Shown here: in pieces, positions 1-10,900 of the stretch
Layout of the letters: every line of letters begins with the position of its first letter
How positions within the stretch are numbered: the first letter of the stretch is position 1
Assembly: GCA_002269645.1 (NCBI GenBank)
Contig: NIVC01000952.1
Span: forward strand, 1-64,000
Source of the DNA: Macrostomum lignano
Lineage: Eukaryota
Length of the DNA stretch: 64,000 bases
Direction of reading: 5' to 3'
Made by a program: the position numbers and the translations under genes
The notes under the pieces: model-generated
What the model was told of the DNA's origin: nothing
Seen by the model: the letters and a program-made list of their open reading frames with translations, nothing else
Database searches by the model: none

Positions 1-1542
1 CCGACGGAGAAGCGGTGGCCGTGCTGCTGATGGACACTCAGGGTACATTCGATCACCAGTCGACTCAGCAGGAATAGCACCTCAATCTTCGTCTTCAGCA
101 CACTACTGAGCTCAGTGCAGATCTTCAACATCCGCAGAACATTCAAGAGCGGATCTGCAGCACCTCCGACTGTTCGTTGAGTTCGCTCGATGGCAAAGGA
201 TGAAAGCGAAAAGGTCCTTCAAGACTTGTGGTTCTACGAGTCGTAATTCGGGACTGGCAAAACCCCGATGAGTTCGAGAACGCCATGCGGCGGTATGAGA
301 TATCTACGCAAGGTAGTGGCGTCAGATGAGAACATGCGCCGCTGAAAACCGTGAGCTCCGCACAGGCATCAGGAAATATTTCGCATGTTTTGCTGCCTGC
401 TGCCCAGCCCTGGGAAGTGTGCGACTAGATCGAATGTTCGGGGGAGCTGGAAAGCTAGATGAAGACTTCGTTGAGGAGGTTGAGAAGTTTGTGGAACTCG
501 TGCTATCACCTGAAAAGCTTGTCATTAAAGCAGTTAATGGAAGAGAACTCACTGGGCGCGAGCTGCTGAACTTCGCCAAAGTCTACTTCGAGGCCTTCCG
601 CAGCGGCAGGCTGCCTTCCCAAAGTCGCTGTTCTCGGCCACCGTCGAATTGACGAACGCTGTGCGGTTGCCGCATCGCCAGACAGACGTTTGTTGACAAG
701 GCCAGGCCGATTTCAGCCTCGCATCCGCTGTTGACGCAATCGAATTAGAGCCACAGCTGCAGAAATTGGCCGACGAATCGCTCGAACAATTCGACAAGCG
801 CTGCATGCAGAAGGACTCAACCGACTGCGACAAGTGCCGACGAAAACTGCACGACGATCTACAGAGGGAGGTGCAGGATTTGATACTAATGAACCAGCTG
901 AAGTCTGACAAGATCGCTGAGCAGAAGAAAGGAGAGTTGCTGCAGCAAGATTTTCAGCGTGTCCTTGATGAGAAAGTTGATACCAACAGAAGGATGCAGC
1001 AACTGGAGCAGGAATTCCAGGAAAAAGTGAAACGAATCTTGGAGTCATCCGTGTCCAAGGAGGAGATGCGGTCACTGCTAGAAAAAGAGTCCATGCAACG
1101 CCAATTGGCCCTGCAGGAGTCCGAGGCGCGCAGCTCGCGGCAGGCAGCCAAGATAGAATCCCTGCTAAAGATGAACGAGGAGCTGCAGCGCCAGGTGCGC
1201 GAAAGCCAAGAGGAACGCAGGCAGCAGGATGCCAACGCAAAGCAGATGATGGCGCAGTGGGAGAAGCACATGGAAGAAGAGCGCAGGCGTCGGGAGCAGG
1301 AAGCCAACGCAGTGCTAAGTGGGAGAATTTTCTTTTCGGAGTTTTGCAGGCTGCTGGGGGTGAAATTGTTAAATGAACGATTTCGATTTTTTTCAGCGGC
1401 AGCGAGACAAGAGGCGCCAGTTCTTCCTCTGCCGCAGCCGCGGCTTCAACCCCAACCTTCATCCCGTTTCCCATGGTTCAGCCCCCAGCTTCGCAGAAGC
1501 AGGAAAATCCAAAAGGAAAGGAAGCTGATGGGAAATAGCTGA
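1..1542 (+). pseudogene. Atlastin-family GTPase paralog 1 (5'-truncated by the window edge, multiple frameshifts and stops)
   Basis: Begins PDGEAVAVLLMDTQGTFDHQSTQQ (atlastin G3 motif), followed by an in-frame TAG at about 75 and several indels. Pieces such as DEDFVEEVEKFVELVLSPEKLVIKAVNGRELTG (326-652) and MQQLEQEFQEKVKRILESSVSKEEM (766-1542) align to the 2807-4593 gene. The indels could also be assembly errors. Confidence 0.8.
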
Positions 1543-2806
1543 TCAAAATTGTGTTTTACTTTACAATATGTTTGATGTAATCATAATTGACTATATTTGT
1601 TATTTATTCACGCATATTTGCCTTTTTTGAATTCCTGTAGACATTCTGGTTCAAACAAAATTTTATTTGAAAGCGGTACGAGCTACATCATTGATTTTAG
1701 GAACGAGCGTACTATCAAAACAGGGTTCCATCCAGAATTATCCTACTATTCAAGATTTTGGAATATTCTGTCAGTTTCTGACATAAATTTCCTGTTTAGC
1801 CTCGTGTTCTTCAGAAATTTTAAATACACAAATATATTTAAACCTCAGATAAATTAATTAATTTTATTATATTGAATGTCTGCCAAGCTACTCGGTATCA
1901 GGCTTCCCCGCTCCCACCAACGCTCTGTGGCCTTCACAGAGCTGTTTGCCACTGCAACTGTGCTTTCATTCTCAATGTTCTTAATATTCATTATTAGCGT
2001 TATGCTATGGCAGGCAGAAATCAGATCCCCAAATTCCTTGAAAAACCCTAAGAATTCTTGCGTAAAAGCCTGCTCAGAGCCTGCTCGTGAGGAGTGGTAG
2101 CCGCCTCCGAGGCATTTACAGCGGCCCGGAGGGCACCAAAACCACCTTAGCAGCCGGAGAGGTTCGCAAAGAGCCTTGCGCTCAGGCATAAAAAATTATA
2201 CCTTAAAAATCCTTCACAATTAGGGCACTCTTACGAGATGAAAAGAGTGGATAATACAAGTGCAGGGATTGAGATAGCCTTTTACCCATTCAGAAATCAA
2301 TAAGTTCGGTTATTCATATCGCCATGAGCTCAAAATATTAAAAGCTCGAAGCTTGTCAAGCATCTCCCCACAACTTAATACTCAATCGGATCTGATTGAG
2401 TATTAAGTTGCGCCCTAGTTGTGAATGACAAGCAATTGTCTTTCCGACGATGTGGACCTTCGAGCTTATGAAACGACCGCCTTATTTGATTCCCTTTGGG
2501 TTAGAGAATGCTGAAGCGAGTGACAAAGCCAAATCAAAGCTAAAATAGACATAAGCGTAACGCGTTTGTCTTGCAATTTTATTTTATCACGCATCAGGAA
2601 AATGATGCAATCCAATTATCAGTATACACAGGTCCTGTTTTAGATGCTCTTTAGGGTCACAAAGCTTGGGGGAAATTCGAATACTGGTACAGCTATTCGA
2701 TAAAACCATTTGTTGATCTACTTTTGTATAACAGAATTTCATGAAAAACTGTCATTACAACAGCAGAATGGGAAAAATTCTTCTGTAGTCAGGGCAGCCT
2801 CAGCTG

Positions 2807-4593
2807 TCACATCATCACACAGTTGCCTTTATTGAAGCTATCTTGTATCTCGTTCAGCTTTTGGGCACTCTGTCTACTGTTGGCCTCTTCATTTTTCAGC
2901 GCGAACATCACTGCTTCCAAGTTTCTTTGGATCTCCGAAATTTCTCTGTTAGCGTTTCTACGCTCCTCGTTTCGTTCTCTGTCGAGCTTTTCCTTCTCAT
3001 TCCGAAGACTGCTGACCTCGCGTTCAAGCCGCTGCACAGCACTGTTGGATTTCTCGCTTTGGCTGCGGCTTAATTCAGAGAGACGACCTTCCATAAACCT
3101 TTTATCGGTTTCCAGACAGCTGATCCGCATGTTGTAACTATCCGATTCCACTTTCAGTCGTCGAGTCATCTCTTCCTTGCTCACGCTGTTCGCCCGAATC
3201 TCCTCCACTCGCTTCTGGAAGTCAGCCTCCAACTGCTGCATCTTCTGCACGCCCTCAGCGTACGCGCCCGCTGGGTCTCGAGCTCCTTCGCCAGCAAGTC
3301 CGCCCTCGCGTCCGCCTCCTTCTTCCTCGCAGTCTCTTGGAGCAGCAGCGCCTGCTTGCTGCCAATCGATCGCAGCTCCTCCTGCAGCCTCCTCTTCACG
3401 CAGTCAACGTCAAAATCCGCGACTTCCATGCACCGAGAGTTGAACAACTTTAACGCCTCTTTCTCGATGCCGGCGAGGACTTTGTCCATCTCGGCAGAGC
3501 TAATGTCCAACGACGACTCCGATCGGAAGAACTCCTGGATCTTCGTCTCAAAGAGCTGCTTCGCCTCCGAGGCAGCGAGAACGTTGATCATCTCGACGGT
3601 GGCCGTAAATATGCTTCTCGGAGTTGGCAGCCTGCTGCTGCAGATGGCGTCAAAGTACTCCTTCAGAGCGAAGAAGTCCACACCCTTGAAGTCTCTGCCG
3701 TTGATCTGCTTCACTGGAATGTTCTCAGGTGATGCGATGAGGGCCACAAACTTTTCCAGCTCGTCGACAAACATTGCATCAAGTTTTTTAAGCTCGCCGC
3801 GGAACTTCGACGAGGCTACGGCGTTTCCAGGATGCGGCAGCAGACAGCATGACGCCTGCTCGAAGTGATGCGTGATGCCCTGCCTCAGTTCCTGGTTCTC
3901 TCTCGGCATCTGCTCGTCGCACTTTAAGATCTGCTTTAAATACTCCACTCCGTCAGCGACTCCGTACTCAAAATCATCAGGATTCTGCCAATCTCTGATA
4001 AGGAACCACAGGTGTTGCAGCGCCTTCTCCTTCGAGCCCTTCGCCATCCCAGCGAACTCGACAAACAGCCGCAGGTGCTGCAGATCCGTTTCCTGGACCT
4101 TCTGAGAAATGTTGAGGATCTGCACTGAGCTCATCAGTGTGCTGAGTGCAAAGATAGTTGTGCAGTCCTGCTGAGTCGACTGGTGATCGAATGTACCCTG
4201 AGTGTCCATCAGCAGCACGGCCACCTCTTCTCCGTCGGGCTTGCGGATGAAGAACGGCTCGGACCAGATAAGGATCCCGGTGGTGTCTCTCTCGCTCCCG
4301 GCTCTCCAGTGGAATCCGTCGTCGAGCTGGTCCTCAGATCGAATCCAGTCTCGAGTGTCACCTCGACTGAGAGCTCGGAGGTATCTCAGGAAGAAGTTGA
4401 GCAGGAAGGACTTGCCTGTGCGGAAGGCTCCGGCCACGCTGATGACGGCCACCTTGGCGCTGTTCAGTTTGTCCAAATCAATCATCTGCTTCAGCACTTC
4501 TGCATCGAGTTCAAACCTTGGTCCAGTTTCAGTTCGCTCTTTCACGGACACCACAAGCGGCAGCGGTCGCCCAGCATTATAGCTTGAGGCCAT
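2807..4593 (-). CDS. Atlastin-family (dynamin-like/GB1-RHD3) GTPase with coiled-coil tail and C-terminal CaaX; one frameshift near 3265
   Basis: Atlastin motifs GAFRTGKSFLLNFFLRYL (G1), RDTTGILIWSEPF (G2), LMDTQGTFD (G3), DLQHLRLF, FLIRDW, LPHPG. ATG at 4593. ORF 3181-4602 shifts into ORF 2807-3250, which ends KGNCVMM*. No introns are apparent. Confidence 0.85.
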
Positions 4594-5904
4594 GCTTAGC
4601 ACCGTTAAATCAGTATCTCGTTTGTTTTAATGCAGTGGTGAAATAAAATCTTGCTACGCTTTGAGGAAATTTTTTATATATTTTATTATTATTTGCTCAG
4701 TGTTTCTTTTATTGTCAATAGAAAGCTGTGGAGTTTCTCACCAACTCGTGTGCTAAAAATATCGTGCTCTTAACATCAAACAGATCATCTTCATACAGTT
4801 TCTGTTCGCTTTGACTTGCCATAAGCTGAGCATGTAGCTCATATGAATAAAGTGAGAAAAAACTCAAACACGAGAATTTTGTCAGCTCGATATAAATAAA
4901 ATGTGCTGAAACTCGTGAGCATTTGCTCACGCGGTCTTTCTCTGCGAGTTTGTCCTTCGAACTGAGTAAATACTCGCGATTGATCGAATGCACAATTAAT
5001 GTGCTTTTGTAAAACTGCAGGCACTTGAGCACCCGCAGTCTGGGAGAGTGCAAAGATATTTCTTGGAATTTCTCAGAAATACGCTCGTACTTCTTCCTCA
5101 GCTGTGCTCAATGAAAAGTATGCACAACCTTGTGGCTCACGTGAAACTTTCTCTTGTTTGTTGGTGGCGTGAACGAACTTTTAAAACTCGTTGCAGCGAT
5201 CAGTTTGAAAAAAAATCTGAAAAAAATCAAACGAAATTGATGTTTGACAAGATCTTTGAGCAGTTCTTTGGCAAGTTGCTCGTTAGTCCAATTGTTTAAA
5301 AATTAAATTACGTATTGCGATGTTAGATTTTGTGTAACTTCTGTTTGCCTACTTAGAACATAGAAAGTTCAGTGGCAGCTCGTGGGGTAAAACAATGGAT
5401 AAATAATCAGCGGTCCCAGTGCGTGACAACGATTGTCTGGCGAGCGCCGGCAGGCGCGAGCCATAGACAAATCGTTGTCACGTGCTGCGACCGCCGATTC
5501 TTTGCATTGTTTTTCTGTTTGACGATCCTACAGACAATGCATTGTTTGTAGTAATATATTGTTCTGCATTAAAAATGTGAATAATGATCGCCAAATTGCT
5601 AAACAATGGCTTACCTCAGGCTTGGAATTTCCAACAAATCAGCTTCCATGAGTGCTTCCCACAGATTCCAACAGAAAATACTTGTCCCAAACGTACTTGC
5701 ATATAGTATCGCGTAAATTTTCTTAGAAAATCTGTACAGCGGAGAGAGAGAGAGAGAGAGCTAGGGGTCTGAGCGCCTGAATGTGCACTAGCTGGAGAGT
5801 ACAACAGGACAATAGCAAATCCCCTGTTGGCATCAGTAGACATCATCTACAAAGACAGAACTAGCTCTTAGCTCGTACGAGTAGAAGATAACAATCAGCC
5901 CTAA

Positions 5905-6580
5905 TATTGCAGCGAGTCATCAGCAGCGCGGCCACCTCTTGTCCACTGGGCAAGATGAGGATCCCGGTGGTGTCTCTCAATCCCGGATCTCCAATGGAAG
6001 CCGTCATCGAACGCCTAGACCGCCAAAATGATGAAGACCGGTATTCATTCCATACTTGCACAGGGTTCGCTTCCATCATCGCGTCTCATCTTCATGCATT
6101 CCGTGGCAAGAGCCCCGCCGAGCTGGTGTTTGTCTCACACTATGAACGAGGCGAGGTCTTTTATCAACCTCTTAGCTCGAAACTTTCAACGTCCTCGAAG
6201 GGGAATCGCTACCGCCTTGCAAGCGCCAAGCTCGCCCCAATTTTCATTGCTGCTCGATCGAGCTGCATTCTTTTGCAGGATGAAAATGCTCCAGCCGCTG
6301 ACGTCGAGCTGGCCGAATGCACACGACCTTTCCGAGGTGGCCAGTGAACAGGAGGCAACTGCTGACAAAAAGCCTGCTGCAAAGAAAATTGCCACGAGAC
6401 AGCCACGAGAGCAATGCCGTACTGCCCACCGGCCCTTTTTCTAAACGACAAACGGAGCGTCGCTAAACACAAGGCCAAACATGCCTGCAGTCGGAGAACA
6501 TGTCTTGGCGAGTGACTACAGGTGTCACATGCCCTTTGGGTGAGAACGGGAAGAAGACGTCGAGCCTCACCGTTCAAGGG
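5905..6580 (-). pseudogene. Degenerate atlastin-family paralog 3 (N-terminal fragment)
   Basis: The minus strand at 5910-6020 reads FDDGFHWRSGIER-(D)TTGILIL..GQEVAALLM across frameshifts. This matches LDDGFHWRAGSERDTTGILIW...EEVAVLLM of the 2807-4593 gene. The upstream boundary is approximate. Confidence 0.65.
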
Positions 6581-7360
6581 AGAATGAAGCCTTCCTTCAC
6601 GTGATCCGGAGCTATAGTTGCTGTTTCGGAACCACCGCTAGCGCCAGAAGCGATTTTATGAATTTTCGCTAATAATTATAGCTGAACTGCAATGATTCCT
6701 TAGTTGTCTGCGAAGATTTTAATAAATGTAAATTTGTATTGTTTATTTGACTTGCTGTCATACCCCAACCCACATTAATAAACGCTTGTAAAACAATGAC
6801 GAGCTGCTTTTTCGGTAAGCAACAAAACTTTATTAAAAAAATTTAAGTGTATAAAAAAAGCAGAATTATGTGTCACTGCTTTTCGCCTATTTGATGCAGT
6901 ATTACAGTGAGTATACAATTGTCGATTTCAAGTTTGCTGAGATTCAATGCATAGACAGAAGGGTCACTATAGAGGTTGCCAAGTACTCTTAGAAGATCGG
7001 GCCGGTAGTGGGCCATTGCAGAGCAGCAAAACGGCACAATCTACTAGAAGCAAAGCGTTGCGAAAGGAAAGAAAAATGCACTGCATCGGGCAGAGAACTG
7101 CAGATTGAATTGCGTATCTAATGTTTGCTAATTGGGACATTGGAAATGCAAGCCGTTGAAGAGTTGTGCAGATTTATGGATCTACAACAGGACGACAAGG
7201 TGGTTTGCTGTTGATGTGATAAAACAACTGTACATTCGTGAGATCCGTAATATACTCGTATGGTTAAAATTGAAAGTGTCACTTTGTGCGCCGTAAAGTA
7301 CATTGTTTATTTTGCAAGCACTTGTTTATATACTCACGCTGCTGGTGGACATAAAACTGC

Positions 7361-7636
7361 CACTTTGGATCTTCTATGCGCCATTTTGGATTTTGTAAGT
7401 GCCATTTTGGATTTTGTAAGTGCCATTTTAGATCTTGTAAGTGCCATTTTGGATCTTGTAAGTGCCATTTTGGATCTTGTAAGTGCCATTTTAGATCTTG
7501 TAAGTGCCATTTTGGATCTTGTAAGTGCCATTTTGGATCTTGTAAGTGCCATTTTGGATCTTGTAAGTGCCATTTTGGATCTTGTAAGTGCCATTTTGGA
7601 TCTTGTAAGTTCCATTTTATATTTTGTAAGTGCCAT
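7361..7636. repeat. 21-bp minisatellite (GTGCCATTTTGGATCTTGTAA)
   Basis: About 13 tandem copies. Confidence 0.95.
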
Positions 7637-7698
7637 TGAATGCTCTTAAGGGAGCCACTTTGAAACCCATACAGCTGCAATAAAAGCAGCAGGCGGAT

Positions 7699-7914
7699 TC
7701 AAGCCTCTGCCTCAGCAGCAGCGGCAGCAGCTGCGGCGGCCGAAGCGTCCTTGAGCTGGGCGATCTCCGCGAACACGCTGGCCAGAGGCTGGTACTGAGG
7801 GGTCCAGCTCACCAGGTGGCTGGGAAACCGGCCCGATGGCGCCGCCGCCTGGGAGAAGGCGGACGCGGCCGCGGCGGTTGATCGGGGCAGCTCCAGGCTG
7901 GGCACCGGCGTGGC
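7699..7914 (-). CDS. ds: Dachsous exon 9 (conserved C-terminal motif)
   Basis: LVSWTPQYQPLASVFAEIAQLKD then TGA at 7701-7699; acceptor cccgcag|GCC. Confidence 0.8.
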   Translation of the reverse strand, partial: ATPVPSLELPRSTAAAASAFSQAAAPSGRFPSHLVSWTPQYQPLASVFAEIAQLKDASAAAAAAAAAEAEA

Positions 7915-10900
7915 CTGCGGGCGAGGGGAATCGGTGGTGGCGATTCGAGTGCTTGGTTGCGGGTTGCGGGCAGCTCAACTAACTGGGTAAGTGACTGGAG
8001 TGGGGTGGGTGACGAGTGGGGTGGGTGACTGGAGTGGGGTGGGTGACTGGGGGTGAGGTGGGTGACTGGGGGTAAGGTGGATGACTGGAGTGGAGTGGGT
8101 GACTGGAGTGCAGTGGGGTGGGTGACTGGCGGTGGGGTGGGTGACTGGAGTGCAGTGGGGTGGGTGACTGGCGGTGGGGTGGGTGACTGGAGTGCAGTGG
8201 GGTGGGTGACTAGCGGTGGGTGGGTGACTGGAGTGCAGTGGGCGGGTGACTGGGGGTAAGGTGGATGACTGGGGTGAGGTGGGTGACTGGGGTGAGGTGG
8301 GTGACTGGGGTGAGGTGGATGACTGGGGTGAGGTGGATGACTGGGGTGAGGTGGATGACTGGGGTGAGGTGGATGACTGGGGTGAGGTGGATTCAGCCAA
8401 TGCTGAGCAGCAAACCTGGTAGTGATCCTCGCCGGACCATCGCCGGCACCTTAGCGGGGAGGCAGCATCCGGCGGCGGCTCGCGCACGCCCAGGCGCAGC
8501 AGGTACTCCCGGTGGTCGCGCGGCAGTGAGGCTTCGGCACCGTCGCCGAAGCCGACGCCAACGCCGCTGCCGCAGTCGCTGCTGCCGCGGCCGGAGCTGC
8601 TCAGCCTGGACAGGTCCGTCTGCGTGCGCGGCGGTGGCGGCGGCGGCAGCGGCTGCTGCTGCAACAGCAGCGAAGCCGGCGGCACCTGCGGCGACAGTCG
8701 ATCGAAGCAGCTGTCGTAGATGGCGGGCGACGGCGGCGGCGAGCCGGCACCGGGCGAAGGCGGCTTCCTCCCCTGCCGGCGGCGCGAGTGTCGGCGGCGG
8801 TGCCAGCAGCGCCGCCTGCAGCCGAGGACAGCCAGCAGGACCGCGACGGCGATCAAAGCCACGACGCCGAGGACGCCCCCGCCGATGCCAGCAGCGAGGG
8901 CGGCTCCGCCAGCGTCCGCGGCCGCGTTGGCTTCGGCCAGCGGCACCGGCGCTTCCAGGACGAGCGTCGCCACGGCGGCGAGCTGCCCGCTGCTGGCCCG
9001 CAGCCGGTAGGTGAAATTCCGTCGTTCCGCAGGCGTCGAACCGGGGCCCACCAGGCGAGCAGAATCGAACCCGCGACGTATGTACACCTGGCCTGTGGTG
9101 GCGTTGACGCCCAGCCTGAGGCGGCGGCTGCGGTGACGGCGGTCGGTGCCAGCGGGGAAGCCGTTGAGAAGCGCCGAGAAGCCGACGCGACCGGCGGCGC
9201 CTCCGTCGGCGTCGACAGCCGATAGCGTCAGCGGCAGCAGCTGGCCGGTGCGCGGATGCGGATTCGAACTCGGGACTGACAGGTGAAATTCGCGGCGCGG
9301 CAGCACAGGCCGGAACTCGTCGACGTCTTCGATGAGAACTTCGATCGGGAGCGGAGACGCCAAGCTGGTGCAGTTGGCGCTGAGCGAGTGGCGCTGCTTG
9401 CTCTCGTAGTCAAGGATGCGAAGCGTTGTCAAGAGGCCTGTAGACAGGCTCAGGTGAAACAGGCTGGAGCTTGGCGAGAGGCTGCAGTTCGGCGCCACCT
9501 GAGGAGCCAAACGTTCATGGAAGATAGTGAAAGACATGCCACGAGATTTGAATGACTGATATGTGACAAGCGGATGTGATTGACTGACATGTGACAAGCG
9601 GATGTGAATGACTGACATGTGACAGGCGGATGTGAATGACTGACATGTGACAAGCGGATGTGATTGACTGACATGTGACAAGCGGATGTGAATGACTGAC
9701 ATGTGACAGGCGGATGTGAATGACTGACATGTGACAAGCGGATGTGAATGACTGACATGTGACAGGCGGATGTGAATGACTGACATGTGACAGACAATAT
9801 GAATAATCTGCAACCAACCTCTCCCACAAGCGCCCCAGGTCCCAGGCCCTCTCTGACGCGCAGCACAAGCGGCACAGTCACAGGTTGCCGCGGGACCGTC
9901 GGAGTCGGGAACTGCAGCGTCACCAGGGTGCAGGCGCTCAACGGGCCGGCGGACGAGGCGGCGGGGCTGTCCGATGCCACGATGAGCAGCTCGAGAGAGC
10001 CGGAGGCTGGCGGCTCAGCCAGCAGGATGAGGTTACCGTCGGGGTCAACTCTGGCCAACAGCGACGACTCCGGCGAAGCGGCCACGCTGTACGAGACGCG
10101 TCCGTTGCCATTGGTAACGCTGTCGGCGTCCCTAGCAACCAGGCGAATGCCGGGAATCGGGCGGCCAATCCAAGCGGATGCCGGGCCGGACAGAGAGACG
10201 CTGCCAGGATGGGGATCGAACTCCGGCGCGTTGTCGTTCACGTCAGTCACTTCGAGCTGCGGAGTTCGGGAAGAGGAGGCCATGCAGAAGCGGGTGCGAA
10301 ATTCTGCTTTACCGCTGTGTGGGTTGTAGTGACGAAATTCTACACAGTTTATTTACAGCTCGCCATACATACTACTGCAGAGATGGCCATGTGAACGATA
10401 AAAAATTATTATAACTTCTCCCGAATTTAAAAAAATTGAAAAAACGTTCAGCGAGGAGGAAAACTTGAGGCGTGACAACAGAAAGAATCACAAGCCTGCA
10501 ATAAAGGCAAGAGAGAGGACAGGGAGAGGAGGGAGAGGATGGAGAGGAGGGAGAGGATGGAGAAGAGGGAGAGGATGGAGAGGAAGGAGAGGAAGGAGAG
10601 GAAGGAGAGGAGGAAGAGGAGGGAGAGGATGGAGAGGAGGGAGAGGATGGAGAGGAAGGAGAGGATGGAGAGGAGGGAGAGGATGGAGAGGAAGGAGAGG
10701 ATGGAGAGGAGGGAGAGGAGGGAGAGGATGGAGAGGAAGGAGAGGATGGAGAGGAGGGAGAGGATGGAGAGGAAGGAGAGGAGGGAGAGGGAGAGGATGG
10801 AGAGGAAGGAGAGGAGGGAGAGGAGGGAGAGGATGGAGAGGAAGGAGAGGATGGAGAGGAGGGAGAGGAGGGAGAGGATGGAGAGGATGGAGAGGAAGGA

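Noticed and set aside
7260-7680. ORFs with LVSAILD / KWHLQDP / MALTRSK repeats
   Set aside because: Translations of a 21-bp minisatellite that is open in several frames on both strands; no coding context.
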